From the NCBI GenBank assembly GCA_964199315.1, contig OZ116702.1, forward strand, positions 5,332,001-5,396,000: a stretch of 64,000 bases of DNA, in the 5' to 3' direction. Of this stretch, positions 43,201 to 56,075 are shown piece after piece; position 1 is the stretch's first letter, and every line of letters starts with the position of its first letter. The position numbers were made by a program, and so were the translations under genes. Source of the stretch: Orbicella franksi (Eukaryota). The notes beneath the pieces were generated by a model that was not told where the DNA came from, made no database searches, and was given only the letters and a program-made list of their open reading frames with translations.

Positions 43201-46200
43201 TACCTGTCTATATTGCTGGTGGGGTGAGTAGAAGGAGCATTTCTCCAACTTTTCATTTATTAATTCTGTTTATTTTGCCTTTTTACTTAATGTACAGTAT
43301 TTATAAATATTTTAATGTGAGGCGAGGTGACCTCTAGAAACCATCAGGCTTTTAGTGGAGGCCACCTTGTACATAACAATACGGTTACATAAATAGTGCA
43401 ACAGTGTGTGGCTTTGCCAGTTCAGTAATTGTATTTTACTAAAAACTCTAGCAGTTTTTTCTTAAAATTGGGAAAACTTGACAATGAAGTGATTGTAACA
43501 GGAAGGGAATTCCAGATCTTATTATGGCTTAGAGCCGGTCCTAGGTACCAGTCACTTACGCTGTGAATGACTAATAACAAGGGCAAGATTTTCCTGTAAA
43601 GCCCACATAGGTATTTATGAGTGTTATTAAACAGTCGAATGTCCAGTTGCGACCACATCTGGTAAGAAAGTCAAATCACCATATTTGGAACCTCTTTTAA
43701 GTGACCACCTCTCATAAGCAACTGCGACCACTTTAAGGACTAAAAGTTTGAAATTTCATTTTGTTTTTAACTCTTGTAGGTGACCACTGGACAGACAATA
43801 AAGCAGAAATAGTTGTATAGTAAAGGTTTTTTTAATATTATCGCATTCCTAGATAGTACAAGAGACATAAATTTCTCAATGGGAAGTATCACATTTTTCT
43901 CAAAATTGACTTTTCGTTTAAAATGTTAAAAACGTGGAGTAAATCTCGGCATGTAGCATATGCTTATTAGGCAAAAATTTTGTCTCAATGTGGTCTAAGC
44001 TCTCGTAATCATAAGTAACCATATAGGCTTGACATTTTGGGTGGTCGCTTATGGGAGGTTTGACTGTCAGTAATAGTATTTAGGAATTTTGTTTAATGTA
44101 ATTAAAATGAAGAATTTATTAAAAAGTTAATTGACACAAAACTAACCTGAAATGTCCTGTGCATTCTGTCCTGTAAGGTAGAGAATAACGTAATTAGTAA
44201 GTAACAGTAACATCTCCCTTTGTGTGTTCAATTCTTCTCTCACAGATTTAATCCAAAAATTTGATACTCACCCTCAGCTGATAATATACCCATGTGCCTC
44301 AGAGACTGGCTGTCCCTTCTAAGTAAATTTCAAATCCACACAACAACCACAATGGGGACACACTATGGATCTCCTTAGAGCAGTGTGATCAATATGGAAA
44401 TTTTTGGTCGAATCTGTTGAGCTGTATTTTGAGTGGGGAAAGAATCTGGCCTATAAAGAGAGATTTGTTTATAGGATAGCCTATTGAAAACATTGTAAAA
44501 CAACATGAAGCTCAACTTACATAAATTACATCTTGTAACTTGCCTCCTGGAAAACACTTTGTTTGTGTTTAAAACTTTTTTTGTTTTCAATAGATTTGCA
44601 CCTTACCAGAATATATTTGCCGTCGCTTTGGTGGCAAAAGGCTGAGAATGTGGCTTTCGGTCGTCTCTCTTCTATTGTACATCTTCACCAAAATATCTGT
44701 AAGTTTATGTTCTCTAGCAATTGTGTACACGTATGTGCATACCTCGGTGCACTTAATGACTGACTGAGAGGGCTAGATGGAAATATTTCACTTATGTTGT
44801 GCATACTGCGAATGAGAGCTGGAAAAATTTTCTTCTCTAGGCCACTGGTAGTGGAATATTACATGGCTCATACTGATTTTGTTCTATTGTCAATTATTTA
44901 TTCCAGGTCAATTTATTTTCTGGAGCTTTGTTTATTCGCCTAGCTCTTGGATGGAACCTTTATTTGGCAATTCTGTTGATGCTTGGAATGACATGTCTCT
45001 GCACAATTACTGGTCAGTTAATGTTTTAATCTTTATTTGGCTTCTTGACATGTAACGGGTGGGTAGGGAGGGTAAGGATATCTTGCCATACAACTTTAAG
45101 ACCCCATCCCTGACTGACAACACTGTTTTGTATCTGCTTTCTGTTTTTGGTTGGTGCAAAATTATGTTGATTTTTTTTGTCTTGCATGTAATCATGGTCA
45201 GGAACATCCCTATCTAAAGTCAAGTGGAGTGCCAACCCCTACCTTATGTTGACAAATTGCTTCCCTTATCTATGAACATTCTGTTTTGTTGTCAATCTTA
45301 TCAGGTGGACTTACAGCAGTGATCTACACAGATACACTCTGCACCTTTCTAATGGTTACAGGATCGTTAACAGTCATGGGACTTGGTAATTTTGTTTGTC
45401 ATGCTACAAAATAAAAGTATTCTTTTTGTGATGGTGTTATCATCAGATACTTAATCTAAACCACTCTCGGAGATCAAGGGTCCCTGCGTTTGGTTTTCAA
45501 GCAACTGTAGCTGAAGAATGACTGAGGCTGAAAATGCCTAAAGTTTTTCTTTTGGGTGTATGGGAAGCACAGCTCCTTAACTGTCAGATGGAGTCTTCTC
45601 TTATTAGGTTGCTTTTCCTTAACCAGCTATCACAAATAAAATTATTGGTGAGCACTGTTATTCACCAGCAATCCCTCCATGGTTGTTACGATATCCATTT
45701 TGACAGTGTTTGACCATTCATTTTGCTGCAGGGTTTTCTGAAATTGGTGGTTATGAGGGACTGAAAGAGAAGTACATGATGGCAGTGTCAAATGACACTC
45801 TGTACTTGAATAGCAGCTGTGGTCGGCCCAGAGATGACTCATTTGTCATGCTGCGAGATCCTCTCAATTCTGACATGCCTTGGGCAGGGTTCATTTTTGG
45901 ACAAACAATTGCATCCATCTGGTATTGGTGTGCTGACCAGGTTTGTACCGTGCTCTTAGTTTGTGAAATTTAAACCCTAGTTCAGCTGTTCACTGTAAAT
46001 GCTGGTTTAGATGGCAAACTTTGTCACGTGCAACAAGCTTATGACAAGTCTGTGACAAAAATTGTAGTGTGTAAATCAACCTACAGCTTGATTTCAAGAC
46101 TGTCTTTACAACAGGAAAAATGCTGTGGAAGTTTGAAACATGTTTTAAAATCCTTTATGACATGGCTGCCAAGCAGGGCTATCAAACTCAGCATATGAAA

Positions 46201-49200
46201 GCATGCTTCATAATCCAGTGATGCCCGCTCATTGTGTAAGCAAAGTTAGCTTTGCAAGAGAAGTTTTTCCCCATTATATTGGCATTGTCATGCTTTTAGA
46301 AGTGCATTATCAAGTTATTATACACTTGGGAAGTTAACAGAGCTCTCAAGCTACAGTTGCTGTTGACTATTAAAGCATTGAGCAGGTCTTATGCTTGTGT
46401 TGTGCTCTGCAAGCTCCCTGTACATGCATCCTAACTCAGTCATGTATGCAAGAGCATGAATTAAGTAGGGCATGCTACAAAAGTCACACAGGTCTAAGTT
46501 TTACCAGGGTATTCATTCGTTTTGTTTTGTGTTTTTTTTGTTTTTTGTTTTGTTTTGTCGTGCAAGGTTATTGTTCAAAGAGCTCTTGCTGCCAAGAGTT
46601 TGTCTCATGCTCAGGGAGGCTGCCTGTTGGCTGGTTACATTAAGGTCTTGCCTCTCTTTACCCTGGTCATGCCGGGAATGATCAGCAGGGTGCTGTCACC
46701 AGGTAAGGGAGGGGAGGTAACGGTAGCTTTGTCACCTGGGAAGGAAGTCGAGGGAAGGGAAAGAAGTAGATTGAAAATACTTCAACAGCTCCTTTTCAAG
46801 GTCAAACAAAAGCTTTGCATAAAGGGACAACAAGATAATTATTTATTATTATTATCTAAACTAGAGCGGTTTTCAAATGAGTGTTGAAAGTAATCAGGCA
46901 ATTACTTTGGTTTTGGATTGGTTTTGCTACGGTTTGAGACTGGCAGAGTATTCTTATTGGTAAGTTATTGGTTTTACAACACTCAATAATTGGTTTGTTG
47001 TGTTTACTCTCGCCACAAATTGTGTTTCTTTGAAGATAGTTAAGTAGACGATATGACTGTACATTTTCAATGTGTTAACTGGCTCAATTTGAGATTTTTC
47101 CATTGGTTTATTTTCCCTGTGTATTTTTCAGACCGAGTTGCTTGTAGTGTTCCAGAGAAGTGCATGGAAATTTGTGGCAGTGAGGTTGCTTGCACCAATA
47201 TTGCATACCCAGAGCTTGTTCTCAAACTGATGCCTACAGGTAAGCTATGACCTTGTTTACATGATCTATAAATTATGCATCTTGTTATGTGACTGAGAAA
47301 ATAACATCATTGTGATTGGCTGACAGCAGGCCAATGTATCATTAATTTTTAATTTGCAATGCAGTACAAATTAACGTGGTTGCACTGGTAACTGTTAAAG
47401 TCAGATGATAAAATCATGAATAATTAGGTGCCTAAGGATTTACACTGCTCGTGATAATTAACAGGGGTGTGCAAGTTTGAGAGACTTTCGTAGGAGTAAG
47501 ATTTTGTTTTGCAGTCGCAATTTACTGAGAATAATGACTTTCATAATTCCCATTAGTTGTGTGTTTGACAACATGTTAATATTGTCTTGTGAAGTTAACT
47601 GTTGATCGCACTGTTCAGGTCTCAAGGGATTGATGATGGCTGTGATGATGGCAGCACTGATGAGTGACTTGACATCGATCTTTAACAGCGCCAGTACTCT
47701 GTTCACTATCGATGTCTATGGCAGATTCAGAACAAAGGCTTCAGTGAGGGAACTCATGATTGTGGGAAGGTAATTTTGTTCTTCGTTGTTGTGGTTTGAA
47801 GGGAGTATGCTACATGCATTTGTATTTGTATTTTTTATTTCTCTACTTCAAGATTGGAATACAGCAGTGTTGAAATAAAAAGTAGTGATAGCAAAGTGGA
47901 AAGGGCAAGATATTAACCACTGAGTGACGTTGTTACAGGAAAATCTCAGTACGGCAAGGCCGAGGTTGGAGATTTTTCCATTAAGACGGAACATTCAAGG
48001 TTAATAAGTAGTTTATTATAAACTGTTTGGCTGTTCCATTCGTCTTGTCTGGCATCAACTCGTTCATAAATTAGAACTGTGAATTCACTGGTCTCCTGAA
48101 ATTGTAGCTCATTGGGGTATTAGAATTCATTCTCAGAATGCTCTTTCTCACTCATCATTACCAACCACTACAATTTTTAGAAAAAAATCAAATGGTGTTA
48201 TAATTACCTTTTGCTTTGTTTTTGCAGGCCTGTAATTGATCTGTGGGTATTAAGGGAGAATAATCCCCTAGAATTAGCCAATCAGAGCACGCGTTATATC
48301 AGCTAAAACACATTATTATAATTACGCATACACAAAATGGCTTCAAGTTATCTAATGGGCTCCATTCCCTTTGTTTTTGTATCTTCATTGGCTTCTTTGC
48401 TGCATGATGGCTAATGTTTATAGCTAATGGTTTTTTTTGTCGTCTTTGATGTGTTGTGTAGGATCATGGTTGCCATAATGACCGGGATAGGTATCCTGTG
48501 GATTCCAGTTGTGCAGAATGTACAGGGAGGGCAGCTTTTCCTCTACATACAAGCTGTTAGTGCATATTTCTCTCCTCCAATCGCAGCCCTTTATCTGATT
48601 GCCATTCTTTGGACCAAGGCGACAGAAAAGGTTTGTTGTAATGCATTTTTATCTACCTTGCAAAGGGTTAGCACCCACACGGCAAATAACCAGTGTTTAG
48701 AAAATAACCCAAATAAAATATGCGCGCTTATTGTTTAAAAATCTTGTTTATAGCTCGAGAGAAACACTGAAAAAGTTAACGAAACCCCTACACTCCTACA
48801 GGAAACTTGTGCCGGAAACCGTGCAATATAACTTGATTCAAATATGACAATTTCCTGCACATGCCCATAACAATATAGGATTATTTTAACACTCTTTTTT
48901 TTCCGAGAAGCTTGTGTCGCTAATTAATTGACGTCTTGCATTTCTTTCCAAGCATTTCTCTAATTAAATCCAGGTGTTTTGCTTTTGATCTCAGGGTGCC
49001 TTCTGGGGTATGATTGTGGGGTTCATTGTGGGTGCCATTCGTATGATCCTGGACTTCACGCACCTGGAGCCTCGATGTGGTGAGGAGGACACTCGCCCGT
49101 CAATCATAGCCAAGGTCCATTACATGTACTTTGCTCTGATTCTCTTCTGGATCACGGTCATCACCATTGTAGTTATCAGCTTGTTTACAAAACCAATGAA

Positions 49201-50716
49201 GGACGGAAATGTAAGTAAAACAAACACATGTATGCTTAGTTTGTGCGTCTTTTTTTTTTTTCTTGTAGTGAACTAAAGTAGCTTTTCTCGCCTTTGCCGC
49301 CAGTTACAGGTTTTCCCGCGCTTGCCACAGGTCGCTCATTGTGCTGCGTTTGTTACTGGTTAGGCGTTTTCCCGCGCTTGCTGCTAGCCGCGTATTTTCC
49401 CGCGCTTGCCACTCGTTACTCATTTTCCCGCGCTTGTTACTAATCACAAGTTGTTTCCATGAGTTCTGATTGGCTCATTATACCTTTGCTGGAGTGATTG
49501 GATCCGTGTTTGCTTTTCAAAGCTTTAACTCAATAACTTTCTAGCAGTCATCGTAAAGTCCTTTCTATGGGAGGTGTAGGGCAGCAAATGCCGTGCGTTC
49601 TAGCGTTGTTTTTGGCTGGTTCTTTAGGTTTGACGCACGTTTGAGTTCGAGTTTAGTTATTTACTAATACTTTGGTTATTACTTTGACCCTCTTGACTTA
49701 TCGTGTGCATGTTTTCACCGACAGGTAGCTCGGTTGACCTGGTGGACTCTGCACGAGAAACCATCCGAGACGGACGTCATGGAAGAGGCCAGAGACGAAG
49801 AGATCGAGATGCAAGATCTGTCGGCTGAGGAAGGAGAAGGAGCTGAAGAAGGAAAGAAAACAGGAGGACAAGAAGAAGAAGAAGAGGAAGCGGGCGCTGA
49901 GAATGAGCAAGATGTGACTGAGAAGACTCCAGCAGTAGCTACAAGACCTAAAAGTCATTCATTCAGTGAGTGAAACCTGGTGATTTTGAATTGAAGTTCA
50001 CGCTCTGTTCGGCTCACCAAAACAAACGCTCTCGCACATTGCAGTAAAATTTACTTTCAGGTTTAGTTTTCCGTTCTGGCTAGCGCTTGAGGGACCGTTA
50101 GTTGGGAAGAGTAGTCAACTGTGATGCGAAAAAATATGTATTACAAATGAGCAAATGTAGCAATACAGGGAGAGATATTCCTTGTTGTTTCAGCTTTGCC
50201 CCCTAAAGCCTAATTCACTCTCGCAACAAAACGACGTAAACATAACGACATAGAAAGGACGTAATGTTGTTATGTTTGCAGTGTGAACATTCACACATAA
50301 TACACTTCAGCAACATAACAGCATGAACTTAACAACATAGGGGGAAAAAAATGATCATTTCTTTATGTAAAAACTGATCTTTTTCTTGTCTTTATGTCGA
50401 TGGTCACATTACCAACATATGCGATTATGTATTAATGTCATTATGTCGCTATATCACTAGTGTGAATCAGACCTTACATGCATCTCTTTATCTTTCAGGG
50501 CGTAAACCGGAGTCCAAACTAAAGCGATTCTACTCGTGGTTCTGTGGCTATAACGCAGAAACTGAAGAAGCCAAACGAGCTGCTCATGAACAGCATGAAC
50601 GACTCGCCATGATTACATCACTGGAACGGAATCCTTACGCCGAAACCTTCCTCAACATTAATGTCATTATTATCCTCGCTGTTGGACTCTACCTCTACAT
50701 TTTCTTTTCCATTTAA
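40253..50716 (+). CDS. SLC5A3: Sodium/myo-inositol-like cotransporter (SLC5/SSS family, about 690 aa); exons 40253-40348, 42408-42479, 42884-42988, 43164-43223, 44594-44698, 44907-45012, 45305-45385, 45732-45940, 46567-46702, 47132-47239, 47619-47769, 48462-48630, 48995-49210, 49725-49965, 50499-50716
   Basis: [110 protein letters not shown]. Fifteen GT-AG exons total 2073 nt in frame. The LLQLLGW and GQT.AS.WYWCADQ motifs most resemble SMIT1; orthology needs a tree. Confidence 0.9.
41584..41895 (+). mobile_element. MITE with terminal inverted repeats (actcc.atat aaaaaggacgggg / cccc.tccttttt..atggga)
   Basis: TIRs are visible; a second copy lies at 2341-2611 and a sibling with the same right end at about 12440-12850. 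Confidence 0.65.
42530..42790. repeat. Interspersed repeat in SLC5A intron 2
   Basis: Characteristic ttcacgtgtgaagat, gttaccatagcaac and ggtgtttatataataa blocks; a related fragment lies at about 5345-5470. Confidence 0.4.
43305..43630 (-). mobile_element. 3' fragment of a CR1/L2-type LINE
   Basis: Minus-strand [27 protein letters not shown] resembles the typical CR1/L2 ORF2 C-terminus, followed by a short 3'UTR-like tail. Confidence 0.55.
43632..44067. mobile_element. MITE (cagtcgaa...gcgaccac / gtggtcgcttatgggaggtttgactg)
   Basis: Degenerate TIRs; abuts the LINE fragment. Confidence 0.55.
49283..49445 (+). repeat. Degenerate tandem repeat (ttttcccgcgcttg core, about 30-bp period)
   Basis: The core occurs four times in about 130 bp. 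Confidence 0.7.
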
Positions 50717-50956
50717 AGGTTTTGTCGTAACCGGTTTTATTGATTTCTAATCCAGTTTAACTGGTTTTCAATCCTCACAATTGGGCCTTCCTCAACTAGT
50801 AGTGCCATATCATATGACTATTACCTTTTTTTCACAATACAAATATGTTTGCAACCAGTTTAACCAGCCTTGGGGTGACTGGTCTAATCCCTACCTCAGC
50901 CTTCCTCTTCGACATTCTTTGTCTTGCTTTTTTTCGTTTTTCTTTTCTTTATTCAG

Positions 50957-51110
50957 TTACAATACTAACTTTACTTACAACAGCAACATTGCTTACAATA
51001 CTAACACTACTTACGCAACTAAGATTACAACGCAGTTGACAATGCTACGAATTACGTTCAAAACAGTAACATTACTTATAATACTAACTCTACTTACAAT
51101 TCTACTTTCT
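50957..51110 (+). repeat. About 18-bp minisatellite (acttacaatactaac.ct)
   Basis: Repeated ttacaatactaac / ttataatactaac units downstream of the SLC5A stop. Confidence 0.65.
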
Positions 51111-52647
51111 TTCATAACAAGAATTGATTCTGCTTAACAGTAATACTACTTATAATGACAGAACTAACAATATCACCACTAACAGAGATAATCCTATTTG
51201 TCAACAAAACACTTCTAAATAATACTAGTTCTTGCAACAAAAAGGCGTCGTGTTTTCCCATATCGATTTGTTTTGTTATTAACGCTTTGTAGGTGCGTTC
51301 TATTTTAAACAGGAATATCATAGACACTAATGTTAAAAGTTCTCATTACAGGTAGTCATTTAGTAATGTAGATAGCACATTTTTATAGCTAGTCATTTAG
51401 CAATGCAGATAGCACATTTTTATTTAATTTGTCGGAAGTTTCCCAGTTTACTAACATTTTCTCCCGAATACCCAAAATTAAGAAAAAAAAATAGCATATA
51501 TTTATACCATAAATTAGAATACAAGCAGACCAAAATACCCCGGTATATTTTCATATTTGAAGGGTAAAAATACCGTATTCCCAATTTACTGCCCCCACCC
51601 CCTCCTCCTTGTGGTGTATCCCAAATCCCTCCTGGAGATCTTGAAATTGAGGGTAGTCGTGGAATCTATTTGTTAATTAGATTTTTGTCTGACGAAAGTA
51701 TAACTTGGTGGCCAATTCATCTTTTTCACTGCAAACCGTCAGAATTTCGGCGCATTTCGAATCTCAAGTTTGTAGTTGTTTTTTCTATGTTGATAATTAA
51801 GAAATAGATAGCCTAGCAGTGTGCGTTTGTTAACGAACTGGCGGCCGCTCCTTTGAATTTTCGAAGTGTCTGAAAATTTTGAACCACTAGTGGATTTATA
51901 CTGAAACAAGTAGATTATTCGCTCAGGATTTTTTATGCGTGAAAACAAGATTTTAAACCAATCAGCGCGCGTATTTACATAGGCCCATTTCCTTAACAGT
52001 TATCGGATGCACAACATTTGTGTCGGTCAAGAAAAACAGCCATTTTGGCCACGCCTCGTAAGCATTGTGTAATATGATTGTCAAATATAGTAACCATGCT
52101 GGCTAATCAATGCCCGCTTAGTTTCTTTGTTTATCTTATTGTTTTATGCTATTGCAGAACTGTGCTGTTAGTCTAGTTTTCATAGATAGGGGGTTAGTAA
52201 ATTATTAGGCCGGCTATAAAATTTTAAATATGAATGTGGTCGATATGGATTAATTGATAGATTGATGAAGTCCTGAAGCTAGTATGTATTGATTCAGGCT
52301 ACAAGATTTGTGCTACCGGCAATGATTTATGGACTTATGAACTTCATGTGTAATATCGAGAAAATGTATTCTCACAATCAGTGTAACCTGCACCCAATCC
52401 TCTTCTCACAGCTTCGCCTCTCACTTTTTTTCATCGTGCCACCCATATAACGCGCAGGCTAAATTAATGTGGTGTCGCGTTTTAACCTTCAGCACAAGAT
52501 GTATGCGTAGTTTGTAACTCAATCTTTAGAAATCAAGAAGTAACCATTAAATAGACATGGCGATAAATAGCAACGTTTTGTGTGTAGTGACCGTTTCTCT
52601 TCTGAAATCCGAACTTAATTGACCACACATATATTAACAGGAAAGAC

Positions 52648-52742
52648 GCGGAGGCCAGGACTCGGGGTTTGAGCCCAGGTCGAGGTCATTGCGTTTTGTT
52701 CTTGGGCGAGGCACTTCGCTTTCACCCTGCCTCTCCAGGGAC
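52648..52742 (+). mobile_element. SINE 5' fragment
   Basis: B-box-like gggtttgagccc followed by cattgcgtt.tgttcttgggc.aggcact. Confidence 0.45.
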
Positions 52743-52981
52743 TGTGAAGGCGTGGGGCTAGTAGGGCTACAGCCCTACAGAGACCCCCAATGCTTGTTTG
52801 TCTAGCCCTACCACTTTAAAAGGGTCTCCGTAGTCCCTGCTGTCTCCACCCACGAATAAAATGTTGGGGCATCGAGTTACTCTTTTATGGGAGCTCCGCT
52901 TTTAGGCTTGGTTATTTCTATATATTAATTGAGATTCCAGCACTCCCAACTAGACCTTCCATTTGGTATCTACTTGACTTC

Positions 52982-55462
52982 TCATTTTAATTCCATTTCT
53001 CCACCTTCCTTCGTTTCATCTGTAACTTCTACGCTTCCTCTTCTCCCACAACGTGCGGTCAATTTCCTGAACAATTTCCCCGCCTCAGAACAGTTCATAA
53101 GCCCGTTAATCACATTCGACATGGCCGCCAAGCCGAGGACGATGAACGTGACTTGAATCACTGTATTCACTCCCTCCATCTTTCCGTCCACGGTTCCCGG
53201 AATTAAGTCACCAAATCCAACAGTTGTAAATGTGATGAAGAACGCATAAAAGCCCTCAAAAAATGTCCAGCCGTCAGTCGCTGTGTGGATTCCAGCACAC
53301 GCAAACAACAGTACCACCAGCAACAGAACACCGAGGAAAGAATACTTCTCATTTAAATATTGTGGCACGCCTTCCCTCTTCAGACACTTTGTTTCGAATT
53401 TCGTCACGAGATATTTTTCGCCGCGTAACATTCTTTCTCCAATTAACTGCAGGAACAAAATGTTGATGGGTATGCCAAACAAAGCGAAGAATATGCAAAG
53501 CACTCTACCGCCTGTCGTCACTGGCGTAATATTACCATATCCTAAAAAACAAATCAATAAACATAGAAGCAGATAACCAACTAGGAAATAAGTCCACCTT
53601 TTCACAATTTCGGGATACCGTCGACGGAGTTCGTACAGGTCATGGAAAACCTCGAAAGTCATGGAATTTAAGTGAAGGCCATGAAAAGTCATGGAAAAGC
53701 AATATGCTTTCGGAAAATAAAAAGGGAAAATGAAAAAAAAAAATTAAAAAGTTACAGACGAGTAAGAAACAGGCTTTAATTTCAGTAGAAATAGACACAT
53801 TTTATGCATTATAATGCTGGAAAATACGTGCAATGAATGATTGTTTTGATACTGCTGTGAGAGTAGCTGCTTACCTTTGGTCATGGAAAACTCGGAAAGG
53901 GCAAGGAAAAGGTTATGGAAAGTCATGGAATTTTAAAAGCTTCAAAGAGTACGAACCCTGGTCAAGCTTGAAAATCGTCGCTTATTTTGTCAAGAAAATT
54001 GCGCGACGCATTTTTAAAAGCTCAAATTTTGGATTGAACTGGGCTACAATACAATGAGTGGATTGGGTGGCTAGACACCCCCCTTTTGGAGAAGCAAAAC
54101 AAAAAAAATTTGAAAATGGTTATGATTATTATGGTAGAAATTAAGGCAAACTCTCTGGACGGATACCTCATTATAATTTCTACTTTGTGGCATTGCTAGT
54201 GTTTCTGGTGAAACGGTTTTCAATTAGGTTCCATTTCTCAAATTGCAACATTTTGGGAGCATGCTCCATTGATTCTGCAGCCCCAAGATACCATCCAGCC
54301 ACCCCTTCCCCCTTCAAAAATCGTGGATCCACCCCTGCAATGTCCAACGATGACGACAACGTTAAACGCGAGCGTTTAATTTCATCGCAGGCTTTTTTGA
54401 AACGCGACCTAATAAGCATTTTGGACTAAGGCTCCGTCAATCCTACACCGAAGAAAATTTGAAAACGGCATTTTCACTCTGAAAACGAATCAAATGTTTT
54501 CCGTCCACACTACGCCGGAGAAATTTGAAAACGCAACAATAACCGGCCATTTTGGATTTGTGGTTGAGGAAGACTCGGGCAGAGTAATCACATTATTATC
54601 GTGATGTCATCGTGCTCGAAAAGCTCCGTTTTCAAAATGTTTTCCGCCGTCCACGCAAAAACGCGTAAAGCAGGCGCGTTCAAATTTCACCGGTATGAAG
54701 AGTGTTTTCCAAAAGCTCCGTTTTCGTGACGGATTGGTGTGGACGGTAGGCCAAACCGTAGAAATAAAGCTGCGTTTTCAAATTTCTTCGGCGTAGCAGC
54801 AGGTTAAGAAAATGTTTTTAATGATGAGTAGATGCAGAATGTAAATAAGCAAGTAGGATTACTAAAAACAATAGGCTTTGCAAAACATTTGAGAATGAAA
54901 TCATCAGCGATAGTTCAACTGAACGACGTTGAACGACGACTCCAAGTCAATGTTATCAAGTTCAAAGAAAAATAAAACATGGAAAAATACGGAAAAATAA
55001 AATATAGAAATATGGGGGAAAAAACAGGCAAATCAGATTTGGAGATGTTAAATTAAAGTATGCAATTGTTATTCCCAAACTCAGGATTATAGTCAGTGGT
55101 TAATTAGAGTTAGAGAGAAGCATGATTACCACGGTTTAAGAATTTACTAGCTTACCAATCGTTGTTACAAGTTGAATGACAAAAGATAGTGACTGGATGT
55201 AACTCCATTCAGGCCCTGCATTTGACGACGAAGACGAAGCTTCCTCGACTTTCTGGACAAGACTGTCAAACTCGGTTTGACTCATGTTGTACTTCGTCGT
55301 TACATTGAGCTTGACTTTCTCCAGGAGCTCTTCTTTGGTGTTCTCTTGTTCTTTATCGCCATTATGCTCAACAGCTTTGAATATGAACACGCCGATGGTG
55401 AGATAAATTAGCCAGAGAAGAAACAAATACAAAAGTGCGTATGCCTTCCCGCTCGAAGCCAT
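52982..55462 (-). CDS. Two-pore-domain K+ channel (K2P/KCNK, TASK-like cap), copy A, 288 aa; exons 55156-55462 and 52982-53541
   Basis: M1, a Cys-less cap with YNMS, P1 TTIG|YGNITP split by a phase-1 intron, P2 TTVGFGDLIP, M4 LGLAAMS. Confidence 0.92.
53625..53960. mobile_element. hAT-like MITE in K2P copy A intron
   Basis: Termini cggagttcgtac / gtacgaaccctg with subterminal gtcatggaa repeats. Confidence 0.6.
54427..54796. mobile_element. PIF/Harbinger-like MITE in K2P copy A intron
   Basis: Starts TAAGGC; internal ctacgccggagaaatttgaaaacg and terminal cgttttcaaatttcttcggcgtag inverted motifs. Confidence 0.55.
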
Positions 55463-55825
55463 CTGCCTTTGCTGAGTGCTCTGCTTACGCGATTTGCATG
55501 CAAACACAGATTAACGGGCTGGAAGCTTTTCTACTCTCAGTTATTTTGTTATCATGACAATACGACAACTGCTAATAGGTAATATTCTTTTGTTTTTCAT
55601 GTTGGCGCACCTGCTGTCCCCGCGCAAATGTGAAACATTCAAAGTATCTGTTTCAATAAAGTCAATCGTCTCCTTTGGCACTCTATTTTCGCCTGATGTC
55701 TTGCTGGTTTTTACGGAAAAACAGCCTCTAACTGGGCAGATTCTTCATTCACAACGCAATGAATGTATAACATGATTTGTTATTCGTCCATTGTTTTGGC
55801 TGCTTCACAGTACAAGGTGTTATAC

Positions 55826-55974
55826 TGTTGGGAACTAGTCCCGAGACCCCTCTCGGTCCCGGAATCCGGGACATAGATTGTGTATGTGAGGAGATCGCAC
55901 ATGGCAGAAATACAGTTTCTCTTGCTGTTAATACCTCGTCTGTTCCTTGCTTCTCGGGGCACGCAGCGCTAGAC
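55826..55974 (+). repeat. 5' LTR (149 bp)
   Basis: Begins TGTTGG; direct repeat of 60642-60790; followed by the PBS. Confidence 0.95.
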
Positions 55975-55975
55975 T

Positions 55976-55993
55976 TGGTGTCAGAAGTGGGAT
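55976..55993 (+). other. Primer binding site complementary to the tRNA-Leu 3' end
   Basis: TGGTGTCAGAAGTGGGAT matches the reverse complement of the eukaryotic tRNA-Leu(CAA) 3' end plus CCA (recalled consensus). Confidence 0.85.
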
Positions 55994-56075
55994 CAACCTT
56001 TTTTTTAGAACCGCCCCAGCGAAAACTTCGATCACGAAACCTCTTCTCGCAACGTTACGTTGGATACACAAACTC

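Noticed and set aside
50957-51110. Periodic repeats as a possible CRISPR-like array (also 49283-49445)
   Set aside because: The units are degenerate tandem repeats without unique spacers, in a eukaryotic context.
50781-51137. 118-aa Thr/Asn/Leu-rich ORF
   Set aside because: It is produced by the 18-bp minisatellite.
53542-53692. N-terminal extension of ORF 52982..53692 (MTFHGLH...LLICFL)
   Set aside because: It is intron read-through starting inside a MITE; the true exon begins at the AG acceptor (53541) in phase with exon 1.
55780-55962. Duplicated ORFs MPREARNRRG... (also 60581..60778)
   Set aside because: They are antisense readings of the two LTR copies, not genes.
55947-56075. First 43 codons of the 1530-aa ORF
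   Set aside because: These are open frame through the LTR, PBS and leader from a non-ATG start; Gag plausibly starts at ATG 56076.
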